This document shows, piece by piece, positions 1-9,423 of a stretch of DNA of 64,000 nt (its first letter is position 1; every line of letters starts with the position of its first letter). A model generated the notes under the pieces. The model made no database searches. It was given only the letters and a program-made list of their open reading frames with translations, and was not told where the DNA came from. A program made the position numbers and the translations under genes. The DNA lies in the NCBI GenBank assembly GCA_963665115.1, contig OY762007.1, forward strand, positions 6,976,001-7,040,000, read 5' to 3'. This DNA comes from an uncultured Rivularia sp. Lineage in GTDB: Bacteria > Cyanobacteriota > Cyanobacteriia > Cyanobacteriales > Nostocaceae.

Positions 1-365
1 ATTATCAATTCAGGACTCATTCTTTCTTTAAATACATCGAGAGCATCATGCTCGATGTGAAGCAACCAATGTCCTATTTCATGAGCTATGGTGGATTGTC
101 CAAAACCACCCTCTAATGCTGGAATTTGGTCGTTAATAATAATTTTCCTCTGAATTGGCAAAATCATTGCTGCTATATATCCCTCATTATCTGGAGGTAT
201 AGTTTCCCAAACAATTCCTATATCTAAATAATCGGCAACTGCTTCAGCAACACAGCTTCCTTTTAAAGGACGTTTTCGGTTTGCTTGCACCCTATTCAAA
301 TTATTTAATGCCACTTGTTCTATTTCTTGCTTAGATATAAAACGATATGGCTTGATGACATTCAA
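1..365 (-). CDS. ImmA/IrrE (DUF955) family zinc metallopeptidase, 3' end runs off the window
   Basis: Not in the ORF track; translated by hand from TTG at 365: MNVIKPYRFISKQEIEQVALNNL...RKIIINDQIPALEGGFGQSTIAHEIGHWLLH..., open to base 1. Has a HEXXH motif and starts 2 nt after the HTH gene stop. Confidence 0.85.
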   Translation of the reverse strand, partial: MNVIKPYRFISKQEIEQVALNNLNRVQANRKRPLKGSCVAEAVADYLDIGIVWETIPPDNEGYIAAMILPIQRKIIINDQIPALEGGFGQSTIAHEIGHWLLHIEHDALDVFKERMSPELI

Positions 366-367
366 CT

Positions 368-730
368 CTATTTCTCCTCATCATCTTGAGTAGTTTCTTT
401 CAATAATTCCCTTGCAAATTTGGGTTCATCACGCATTCTGCGAAGTAAAGCAGGCATTTGTTTATACTTTCTGACAAGCTCTTCAAATACTTCGGCATCT
501 TCTGGGGTTATTCTTCCTGCAAGTCGTCTGAGTTTATCTTTTTGTTCAGTTAAATCTAGTTTTTCCGCTAATAAATCAATAACTTCTTCGCTAGGAGGAT
601 AACCTGCATGGTCATTCTCTAATTTAGACAAGTACGTATAGTTAACCCCCACTAATTTAGCTAACTCGCGCTGACTGTACTCCTTCTGCTTGCGAGCTTG
701 ACGAATGAGTTTACCAAAGGTCTCTTTCAC
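368..730 (-). CDS. XRE-family helix-turn-helix transcriptional regulator
   Basis: FGKLIRQARKQKEYSQRELAKLVGVNYTYLSKLEN is an HTH_3 signature; AGGAAGAG precedes the GTG start. Confidence 0.92.
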   Translation of the reverse strand: MKETFGKLIRQARKQKEYSQRELAKLVGVNYTYLSKLENDHAGYPPSEEVIDLLAEKLDLTEQKDKLRRLAGRITPEDAEVFEELVRKYKQMPALLRRMRDEPKFARELLKETTQDDEEK

Positions 731-805
731 GGTTCTCTTCCTTTAAGTCCAAGAATCATACTCTACCTTTTCTCAATGGTTCATATCTGTAAAATTTCTA
801 GATTT

Positions 806-824
806 GTTGACTAAATTGGTCAAC
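806..824. promoter_or_regulatory. Inverted repeat GTTGAC-N7-GTCAAC in the divergent promoter region; candidate operator
   Basis: gttgac taaattg gtcaac; each arm contains a TTGAC -35-like sequence, and TATAGT at 842-847 lies 17 bp past the right arm. Confidence 0.55.
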
Positions 825-873
825 TTGTGCAATAAATACATTATAGTACATATGCTTGTTATTATCTAGCCAC

Positions 874-1098
874 ATGAATAAAAAACAACAATCGAATCCA
901 AACCAGCTATGTTTTTCTATCGGTAGACCTTTAATAGTTCTTTTGCAAGAGGTTCAGAATTCAAGTAGCGATACAAACTTGAAACAAGCTGCGGAGCGAA
1001 TGTTAGAAGCTTTACATACTTTTGAAATTGCTAATAAACCAGGTGTCTCTAAATCAGCTATAACCAGTCAAGCGATTTACGAAATCCTTACAAAATGA
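874..1098 (+). CDS. Small hypothetical protein (74 aa from ATG 874), first gene of the pAgo operon
   Basis: ORF track 856..1098 with in-frame ATG at 874; ends 19 bp before the nuclease gene. The C-terminal [14 protein letters not shown] loosely resembles an RHH helix. Confidence 0.6.
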   Translation: MNKKQQSNPNQLCFSIGRPLIVLLQEVQNSSSDTNLKQAAERMLEALHTFEIANKPGVSKSAITSQAIYEILTK

Positions 1099-1117
1099 AT
1101 TAAATCAAGAGTTTTTA

Positions 1118-1933
1118 ATGAAAAAAGTTTGGAATTTTGCTAGCTACAATCTGTTGTCTTTGTTTTCCCCACCTGTAGGACTTGAACATCTTCATTGCGA
1201 TATGAAAAGAGGTTTTACTAAAGCGAGAAAAAAAGAACCAAAAGTAGCAGTACTTTTAGAAAAAGACAATACGGCTCAAACTATAGGGTTATTGGCGCAA
1301 AAAGCAGTTTACGAGATTCATCAAGACTCTTCAATTTTTTCGCAAAAAGATGCTCTAAATCGAATAATAGACATTTTACAGTTAAATAAAGAATCCGATT
1401 TAGTTCGAGAAAGGGTAACTCAAATAATTGAAAATTATCTTGATAATCCGATTCTTTTGGACAAAAAAGTAATTAAGCTCAGTAGAGGTGACGAAGGTTT
1501 TCCAGAACCAATTTTAATTCAGCAGGGTAATTACTTATTTAATTTATTTGCAGCAATCGACTGCATTTTTTTAGAAGAAGATAATACTGTACACATTTTA
1601 GATTTCAAAACTGGTAAATCCGACTTTGACCGCAGACAAGCTTATATTTATTTGTTAGCTGCTAGCTATATTTACCCAGAAAATAAAGCTGTTGCTTCGT
1701 TTTATAACTTAGAAACCTGCAAGCAATCAGAAAGAATTACAGCTACACCTGAAACGTTAGAATCTTTTCAAATTACGATGTCTAGAATAGCAAAACAGCA
1801 TCAAAAAGATTTACAACGTTACCGTCAAAAAACTGATGAATTTCGAGATGTATTTCCCCAAAATCCTGGAATAAGCTGTAGATTTTGTCCTTTTAGTTCT
1901 ATTTGTGAATTTGTTATTGAGGGTGCTATATGA
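1118..1933 (+). CDS. Cas4-like / RecB-type PD-(D/E)XK nuclease (Argonaute-associated, ACE-like)
   Basis: AAIDCIF...HILDFKTG...RRQAYIY (D, D-x-K, QxxxY). C27 plus C-terminal [10 protein letters not shown] (C254, C257, C263) gives the Fe-S staple pattern. The stop overlaps the pAgo start (ATGA). Confidence 0.88.
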   Translation: MKKVWNFASYNLLSLFSPPVGLEHLHCDMKRGFTKARKKEPKVAVLLEKDNTAQTIGLLAQKAVYEIHQDSSIFSQKDALNRIIDILQLNKESDLVRERVTQIIENYLDNPILLDKKVIKLSRGDEGFPEPILIQQGNYLFNLFAAIDCIFLEEDNTVHILDFKTGKSDFDRRQAYIYLLAASYIYPENKAVASFYNLETCKQSERITATPETLESFQITMSRIAKQHQKDLQRYRQKTDEFRDVFPQNPGISCRFCPFSSICEFVIEGAI

Positions 1934-4179
1934 ATGCTGCTATGATTCAACCACGTCCGCAATCTGCTGTAGAAACAAAGTTTTTAAGCGAAATATTACC
2001 ATTAATAATCTTAAAAGATTCAAAACTAAATTTTATCTGTTTTCGGCTTTCTCCGGAAGTAGAACGAGAAATTGGCAACCGTTTAGGTTGGAATTTTTGT
2101 CACAAGTTTCCAGATATTATTGTAATTTGGTACAAAAAGTTTTTTTGGGCTTTAGCTAAACCAAATCAAGTAATGCCAAGTCAGAAAGAATGGCGAGAAG
2201 CATTAACAGAAATATGCGAAGAATTAAGAAAAGATATTGGTGATTGTGATTATTCTATTCAATGGGTACGTCAGCCGCAATTAACAGCTTCTACCTTAGC
2301 TCAGTTAGCAGTTAGAATCTTAAAAATTACTCGTCCTTTTTCATCAGAAATAGCTTTATCCGAAAAACAGGCAGAAGTAAAAAGAGAAGCTAAATTTTGG
2401 GCTGAAACTATAGAAATAAACAAGCAGTTTTTCTCAGCTTTAACAATAACTGTTAAGAGTAATTTTCGCTATAGAGGTAATTTAGCTGATTTTTTTGAAA
2501 ATCACCCTTTTAGACAAGATCCACAAAAGCTTTTAATTGGTTTAAAAGTTCGGGATATAGAACATAATAGCTTTGCTACGATTACCGGAATCATTGGTAA
2601 TATTGCCGAACAAAGAGAAAGGTTAATACAAGATGCAACTGGTGCAATTAGCAAGCAAGCATTAGAAGAAGCACCCGACGAGCAACCAGTAGTTACAGTG
2701 CAATTTGGCAAGAAGAATAAACAATTTCGCTATGCAATGGCAGCTTTACGTCCTTGTATAATGCCTGAAACTGCCGATAAATTTGAAGTCGATTATGGAA
2801 AGTTACTTAAAGCAGCTAAAGTGGCTTATAAAGATAGAAAACAACTTTTAGGGGTTTATAATAAGGAAGCAAATACAGTTTTAGCTAATTACGGATTAAA
2901 ATTAGGACAAAGGATAAACAGTTCTAGATATTCAAGTTTATTTTGGGAACCATTATTAAATCTTTCAGAAACCAAACTTCTATTTGGTAATAATGAAATT
3001 GGCTTTCAAAAAAGTATACTAAAAGGACTTTCTCAAGGTGGAGTTTATTTTCGTCATGAAAATTACACAGATCCATCAGATAAAATTAACATAGCTGCTT
3101 TAAAAATAGGTAACTTTCAGGTTGGGAAGCTTTTTTTTGATGAAGTTAAACAACGTTTACAAAAGTACGGTTTCGGAAGCATAATAGCTCCCGAAAATGT
3201 GAAAGTAGTGTCTGTAGAAAATTTCACTAGTATCGAAGGTAGAGTACAAATTGAGGAAGCTATAGATGATTTGATGGAAAGACATCCTGATATAGTTTTA
3301 GTTTTTTTACCTATTACCGATAGAAGCAGTGATGATACAGGTGATAGCCTTTATTCTTTGGTTTACTCGCGTTTGCTAAGAAGAGGAATTGCGAGTCAAG
3401 TCATTTATCAAGATACTTTAAAAAAAGTTCCAACTAATACTATTCTTAATCAAGTTATTCCAGGGATATTGGCTAAGTTAGGTAACTTACCCTATGTGTT
3501 AGCTGAACCATTAAAAATAGCTGATTATTTTGTTGGCTTAGATATTTCTAGAGGTTCTAAAAAGAAAACTGCTGGAACTATGAATGCTTGTGCTAGTTTA
3601 AGACTTTATGGAAGAAAAGGGGAATTTAACGGCTATAAATTGGAAGATGCTTTAATCGAAGGTGAAGAAATTCCACAAAGGGTATTAGAGAAATTTCTTC
3701 CAAGAGAAAAGCTAAAAGGGAAGACAGTTTTAATTTATCGAGACGGACGTTTTTGCGGTGAAGAAGCCATACATTTAAAACAATGGGCAGAAGTCATTGG
3801 TTCCAAATTTGTTTTAGTTGAATGCTATAAATCAGGAATACCTCGACTTTATAACTGGAATGGGCAAGTTATTAAAGCACCTACAAAAGGTTTAGCGTTA
3901 CGTCTATCTTCTCGTGAAGTTATTTTAGTAACAACTGAATTAAAATCACAGAATATGGGTTTACCTGATCCATTACGTTTAAAAATTCACGAAGCAGGGG
4001 ATCTAGTATCAATTGAAGATTTAGTAGACACAACACTAAAACTTACGCTGCTACATTATGGCTCCCTTAATCCGCCACGTTTACCTATACCACTTTTCGG
4101 TTCTGATGTTATGGCTTACCGACGCTTACAAGGTATTTATCCCGGTGCATTAGATGGCGATCGCCAATTCTGGCTTTAA
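1930..4179 (+). CDS. ago: Long prokaryotic Argonaute (N-PAZ-MID-PIWI), predicted catalytically active
   Basis: 749 aa. [22 protein letters not shown]...[20 protein letters not shown] (D538), EGEEIP (E577-E580), LIYRDG (D605), [10 protein letters not shown] (D726). C-terminus QFWL. Confidence 0.93.
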   Translation: MNAAMIQPRPQSAVETKFLSEILPLIILKDSKLNFICFRLSPEVEREIGNRLGWNFCHKFPDIIVIWYKKFFWALAKPNQVMPSQKEWREALTEICEELRKDIGDCDYSIQWVRQPQLTASTLAQLAVRILKITRPFSSEIALSEKQAEVKREAKFWAETIEINKQFFSALTITVKSNFRYRGNLADFFENHPFRQDPQKLLIGLKVRDIEHNSFATITGIIGNIAEQRERLIQDATGAISKQALEEAPDEQPVVTVQFGKKNKQFRYAMAALRPCIMPETADKFEVDYGKLLKAAKVAYKDRKQLLGVYNKEANTVLANYGLKLGQRINSSRYSSLFWEPLLNLSETKLLFGNNEIGFQKSILKGLSQGGVYFRHENYTDPSDKINIAALKIGNFQVGKLFFDEVKQRLQKYGFGSIIAPENVKVVSVENFTSIEGRVQIEEAIDDLMERHPDIVLVFLPITDRSSDDTGDSLYSLVYSRLLRRGIASQVIYQDTLKKVPTNTILNQVIPGILAKLGNLPYVLAEPLKIADYFVGLDISRGSKKKTAGTMNACASLRLYGRKGEFNGYKLEDALIEGEEIPQRVLEKFLPREKLKGKTVLIYRDGRFCGEEAIHLKQWAEVIGSKFVLVECYKSGIPRLYNWNGQVIKAPTKGLALRLSSREVILVTTELKSQNMGLPDPLRLKIHEAGDLVSIEDLVDTTLKLTLLHYGSLNPPRLPIPLFGSDVMAYRRLQGIYPGALDGDRQFWL

Positions 4180-4224
4180 CACCCTAACCGCTACACTAAA
4201 ACAAAACATCCCCATCTTCTCCCC

Positions 4225-4911
4225 ATGCTCTCCACCGCTCCCGAATACCAAATCACCTGGGAAAAACTCCCCGAAGACTTTGTTTTAAACAACGAACTTT
4301 TAAACGATATTAATCAACCTTTACTCGCTGCTGCATTAACCGAAAGCTTAGAAATTGCAAATAAATTACCAGATAATTCTCTTACTTCTACCAATTACGG
4401 AATCTGCGCTACTGTAAATCAAAAGATGGTGGTAAAAGCGCCAGATTGGGCTTATATCCCAAAAATCACCGTATCGCGGCAGGAAGTTAAACGCAGCTAT
4501 ACCCCACAGATTCAAGGCGATATTCCGGTTATTGTGATGGAATTTCTTTCCGATACCGAAGGCGGAGAATATTCAATTAAACCGACTTATCCTCCAGGAA
4601 AGTGGTTTTTTTACGAGCAAGTGTTAGAAGTTCCCAACTATATAATTTTTGAACCAGATAGCGGTGAAATAGAAGTTTATCAATTAGATGATTCAAAACG
4701 GTATCATCTGCAAAAACCCGATGCAAATAACCGTTTTTGGATTGCTCAAATGCAGCTATTTTTAGGAGTATGGCAAGGAAATAGAGAAAACCGCACGGGT
4801 TATTGGTTGCGGTGGTGGGATGAAAATGGCAACCTTTTATTCTGGGGTTTGGAAAAAGCCGAAAGATTAGCAGCACAACTTAGAGCAGCAGGAATCGAAC
4901 CAGAGATTTGA
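4225..4911 (+). CDS. Uma2 (DUF820) family putative endonuclease
   Basis: KAPDWAYIP, PVIVMEFLS, KWFFYEQVLEVPNYIIFEP, WLRWWDENG and an AERLAAQLRAAGIEP tail, typical of cyanobacterial Uma2. Confidence 0.9.
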   Translation: MLSTAPEYQITWEKLPEDFVLNNELLNDINQPLLAAALTESLEIANKLPDNSLTSTNYGICATVNQKMVVKAPDWAYIPKITVSRQEVKRSYTPQIQGDIPVIVMEFLSDTEGGEYSIKPTYPPGKWFFYEQVLEVPNYIIFEPDSGEIEVYQLDDSKRYHLQKPDANNRFWIAQMQLFLGVWQGNRENRTGYWLRWWDENGNLLFWGLEKAERLAAQLRAAGIEPEI

Positions 4912-4992
4912 AAAAATAAGAATATGGCTACTAAGTAGGTCGTCGTTGAAAATCGTAATTAGGACAAGGGAGTAGGGAGTGAGGGTAAGGCT

Positions 4993-5304
4993 TTATTTAA
5001 TTGGCAAAGAATTGCTTTTGACGATAATGGAGAAGTTGAAAATAGCTTTCAAATTTATCCCGATTGGACAATTGAAATACTATCACCCGAACAAAGTTCA
5101 ACTAAGGTAATTACCAATATTCTTCATTTTCTAAAACACGGAACTAAACTAAGTTGGTTAATCGACCCAACCGAACGTTTGATATTAGTATTTCTACTAG
5201 AACAACAACCTTTAGAAATGACTGGTGGTAATAAATTACCCGTACTAGAAAACTTAACTCTTAATATCACAGTCGAACAAGTATTCGCTTGGTTAAAACT
5301 GTGA
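4993..5304 (+). pseudogene. 5'-truncated Uma2-family gene remnant
   Basis: Hand translation: LFNWQRIAFDDNGEVENSFQIYPDWTIEILSPEQSSTKVITNILHFLKHGTKLSWLIDP...VEQVFAWLKL*. In-frame TAG at 4960 and no start codon before the conserved part. Confidence 0.8.
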
Positions 5305-5439
5305 GTTACCAATTATCAATTAATTAAGGGGTATAGGTTAAGGGTTAAAAGTTAAAGGTTAAAGGTTAAAGGTCAAAGTTAATATCTTATTTCCAATGCC
5401 CTGCGACCCAATAACCCATCCCCATACCCCATGACCTAA

Positions 5440-5871
5440 TTAAGAAGGATTAGGAGCATCATAAGGTGCTACACCACTAAACTTAAGTTTTGCAGCACTG
5501 GGATTGTCGCCAATTTTACGAGCAACAAAACGTACTTTATCGCGACCTTCGTTGACCTTCTCAGGGAAGACACCATCAGCCGGATGTAGGTACTGAGTTT
5601 CGCCGCTGGGATAAATCCGGTAAATCTTATAATCAGTGATTTTCATTTTCCGGAATTGAGCGCCCAAAGCAATGCCATACTCTTTACGAGCAATTTCCAG
5701 CATATTTTCGCCTTCAAGCATTGTTGCAGCGCCACCAGTAGGCATTTCAAAAACCTGTTGCTTGGGGCTAGTCCAAGTAATCGCGTACTTCTCTTCTTCT
5801 ACCGCTTTCTTGAGCAAGCCGCCGGTGCTGCCACCAAATAGTGGAGTTTTTCCGGAGAGTGTTTCTGCCAT
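5440..5871 (-). CDS. psaD: Photosystem I reaction centre subunit II
   Basis: [20 protein letters not shown]...[21 protein letters not shown]...[16 protein letters not shown]; start placed at ATG 5871. Confidence 0.98.
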   Translation of the reverse strand: MAETLSGKTPLFGGSTGGLLKKAVEEEKYAITWTSPKQQVFEMPTGGAATMLEGENMLEIARKEYGIALGAQFRKMKITDYKIYRIYPSGETQYLHPADGVFPEKVNEGRDKVRFVARKIGDNPSAAKLKFSGVAPYDAPNPS

Positions 5872-6046
5872 AATAAATCCTCTCAACGTTGAAACGTTTT
5901 TACGGCATCCTAACATTCCAGCGGCGACCATATTACCATTGCGTTAGGAACTTTAACAGTTCGTAATTGGACCGCAGGGCATTGATAATTGATAATTGGT
6001 AATTGGTAATTGAATTTTCCCCTTGTCCCCCCATCTCCCCATCACC

Positions 6047-8056
6047 CTACCTCCCCACAACCATCGACAATCTTTCCTCCTGACTCCCCTCAATACTCGG
6101 TACGGTGAAGTGAAATTTGGAGCCTTTATCTTTTCCCGATGATTCTGCCCAAATTTTTCCTCCCCAACCAATAACTATCTGACGACAAATTGCTAACCCT
6201 AAGCCCGTTCCTCCCGTGGTGCGTCTCAAGGCTCCTTCTTCTTGATAAAAGCGGTCAAAAACGATTTCTAAGCGATTGGGTTCTATTCCTCTTCCGGTGT
6301 CGGCAACTGTCACTTCAACCATTTGATTGTTGTTACTAGTCGCAATGATTGTAATTTCTCCTTCGGGTGGTGTAAATTTACAAGCGTTATCCATCAGTTT
6401 TGCTAGCACTTCTACCAACCAATCCCCATCTGCTCTAATTAAAGGCAAATTGTCAGATATTATCGCGGACACTTTAGGTAAGTCTTCTATTTTTGTGCGA
6501 GCGTTAATTCTACTAACTGCTAAATCTACGCATTCTTGTAAAGTCAAAGTCTCTGGATGCCATTCAATTCGACCGCTTTCTAAGTTGGAAAGAGTAAGAA
6601 AATCTTGAATTAGTTTCCGCATTCTTTCTGAATCGGAAAGTGCAGTACTTAACATTATTTCCCGCAATTCCAAAGGCATATCTGGTTCGGTAGCAAGGCT
6701 TTCTAAGCAAACCTGAATTGTGGAAAGTGGAGTACGCAGTTCGTGTCCGGTAATCGCTATCAAGTTGCTGCGAGTACGTTCTAATGCTTCTAATTGTTGG
6801 TTGAAGTCTTCTAAATTGGCGTAGGCTTCGGCTTGAATTAAAGCCGCTCCGACGGAGGTGGCGATCGCTGTTACCAAATCTAGTTCTTCAGCTTGCCATT
6901 CGTGGGGTTTATCGTCGCAATATTGCAACTCTATAATTCCTAACATTCGCCCCTGAAACCATACGGGTTCCATCAACCACGAACGAATAGAAAAACTCTT
7001 GACAAAATCCGTAACTTCTGGAGAATCAGCTACACGAGAGTCTTCAAGAGTATCGGAAACACAAACGCCTTCCCCCGTCTGTAACACTTCCTGAAATATC
7101 GGATTTTTTTGTAATTCTCTGGTTTGTCCTAAAAGCGATAAAACACCGGAGCTAATAAATTCGTGTTCGATGATGGCGTTCGTGTCGGCTCTTTGAGCGC
7201 GGTAGATTAAACATCGGCTAGCTGCTAAGTTTTGTCCTAGCTCCTGTACCGCTACTTCTAATACTTCTTGCGGATTTAGCGATCGCCGAATTGCCGTACT
7301 GATAGAGTTGACTAAACGTTCTTTTCGTGCTTGCGCGGCGATTGACCGATAAGCTTTGTGTAGTTTATATTGGCTGGCTTGTAAATAGGTAACTAAACGC
7401 TGCACGAAAGGATTAGTATCGATGTCACAAGCATATTGGTTTTTATCGTCAACTATCTGCTCGCTGTAATTATCGCCAATACCAAACCGTTGACGTGCCT
7501 GCTCAATCTTCTCGGCTAATTCCGGACGATAAATAGCTATTTTATCCAATAACAAATCCGCAGCTTTAAGGCTTACATTTCTTTCTGCCGTCCAAATTCC
7601 CTCAAATCTCCTTGCCGTGTCCATATCAAGACTCGGAATTAATTCTGGAGATATTTCTCTTTTAAGTATGGAAGTAGGATATTCTCGGCAAACTAAGCAA
7701 GTAGCATAATTAAAAGCAATAACTATCAAATGCCATTCTTGAGAAAGGGCATCTTTCGGCTCAAAGGCTACTTTTTCATAATATTCGGAACTGCTACTAA
7801 AATCTGTTTCTGGTGCAGATAAAACGTATACTTGATTGCTTATTTGCGACAGTCGTTGATACCGATGAGCTTCTTGACGGTAGAATCTTTCTCTTTGAAA
7901 GCTCGCAATCACTAAAGGCTGCTCCATTGTGGCAGCCAAAACCTGGTCTTCCATCGCGTGGGAGAGCGCTGTTAATGAAGCTTTGAAGTATATTTGGGGC
8001 CGCAGGTACGGTAGTGCCTGTAGCAAATCACTCAGCACGGAAGTAGAAATGCTCAT
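6047..8056 (-). CDS. DICT-GAF-HisKA-HATPase sensor histidine kinase
   Basis: N-terminal YFKASLTALSHAMED...FQRERFY (DICT), a GAF domain, H-box GHELRTPL, N-box DNACKFT, G boxes DTGRGI and GGTGLGL. Confidence 0.92.
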   Translation of the reverse strand: MSISTSVLSDLLQALPYLRPQIYFKASLTALSHAMEDQVLAATMEQPLVIASFQRERFYRQEAHRYQRLSQISNQVYVLSAPETDFSSSSEYYEKVAFEPKDALSQEWHLIVIAFNYATCLVCREYPTSILKREISPELIPSLDMDTARRFEGIWTAERNVSLKAADLLLDKIAIYRPELAEKIEQARQRFGIGDNYSEQIVDDKNQYACDIDTNPFVQRLVTYLQASQYKLHKAYRSIAAQARKERLVNSISTAIRRSLNPQEVLEVAVQELGQNLAASRCLIYRAQRADTNAIIEHEFISSGVLSLLGQTRELQKNPIFQEVLQTGEGVCVSDTLEDSRVADSPEVTDFVKSFSIRSWLMEPVWFQGRMLGIIELQYCDDKPHEWQAEELDLVTAIATSVGAALIQAEAYANLEDFNQQLEALERTRSNLIAITGHELRTPLSTIQVCLESLATEPDMPLELREIMLSTALSDSERMRKLIQDFLTLSNLESGRIEWHPETLTLQECVDLAVSRINARTKIEDLPKVSAIISDNLPLIRADGDWLVEVLAKLMDNACKFTPPEGEITIIATSNNNQMVEVTVADTGRGIEPNRLEIVFDRFYQEEGALRRTTGGTGLGLAICRQIVIGWGGKIWAESSGKDKGSKFHFTVPSIEGSQEERLSMVVGR

Positions 8057-9423
8057 GAATGTCGTTAAGGAGCCACAATCTGGATTTAAATCCACGTCAC
8101 AGCTGCATTGTACAAACTACAAGGCAATCTCAGGACAACCTAAATGTTGCGATTTGTAAACAATACTGACCTAGGCTTTAAAGAGCCATGTAAACGATCG
8201 CAGTTCTCAAATAGCAGCTAATCGCAGCTGTATGGTAAACAAATAATATTGAATCCATGAAAACATTCTACCTTGCTGTTGAGTGATATTTCTACAAAAG
8301 AATCTATAACTACTTTAAAATTCTATTTACATACTTATCGAACTGGCTTTGGTTTTTTTGTCAAGTATAAAATTCGCTATATAAATATATTCTATAAATA
8401 AATATAATTATTCAAATGGTAGAGCTAATTTATCTGCGCCGATTTACTAGTTTGATAATTTTAAATGCAGCAAAAGCTACTTTTTATTATTCAAAACATA
8501 TTCTCTTTTTTTATTTAATAGAATTCATAACTATTCTGAATATGAGTTTTGATATTCTCTAAATCATTAATGATTTTGTCTATTAAGATAATATCAATAT
8601 CAAATAAATGTTTTTATTTAACATATTCACGCTGCTTCTATTTATACCTATTTTTTCTCATGGAGTAGGCATATTTAATTTAACAATAATTAGTTATTCA
8701 TTAATAAAATACGCATCAATCTAATTGCATATTAGTTCAGCAACTGCACTTAATCATCAATGCTTAAAAATAATATTAAATAGGATTCTTCTATATATTC
8801 AGTTCTTCCATTCATACTTAACTCGCTCAAATATTATAAATATCGCAATTTTAATCTTCCGTAGCTATTTATCTTAAATTAAAAGATCGCGGTATATTTT
8901 TTATCGTTTCATAAAAGCCAATTTATCAAATTAATCGTTAATATATGTTATAATTAAATTAATCACAAAAATTAAATATACAGAAAAATATTAAGTAGAT
9001 TGCATCATGCTTAAGTTTCATGTAATATTGCTTTGTCTATATTTAAAGATTATTAAAGCAGTATTAAGCAGTCTTGAAGTAATGCTTAGGGACATATGCT
9101 TATTTCATCAAAATTAAGTCAGGAGTCAATATTCTTTATCGGCTTAATTATCGCGAAATAATCGGCAATGCTAGCAACAAATAATCGGCAATGCTCGAAA
9201 AAGACTCGAAAGTATTTAACTTTAATTGCTGCTTAACTGTTCCTTCCTGTCTTGTTATTAATGTGGATGCAGCTATTTAAGCAGTGCAGCAATCCTGCAT
9301 TAAAGCAAAACAAGGCATAGCATACCTGCGCCGTCAGAATTCAACTTCTTGATTTTCTATTGTTTTAGAAAACGTAATCTATGCGAGGTTAATATGCTTT
9401 ATTTCTCACAAAATTGGTGAAAC

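Noticed and set aside
1118..1933. Cas4-like gene as evidence of a CRISPR-Cas locus
   Set aside because: No cas1/cas2 and no repeat-spacer array in the window; the gene is coupled to pAgo instead.
5950..5967. HLR1/RpaB-like direct repeat upstream of psaD (and TTTACA words upstream of ndhD)
   Set aside because: The match is degenerate and the spacing cannot be verified without a TSS; it would be expected biology if real.
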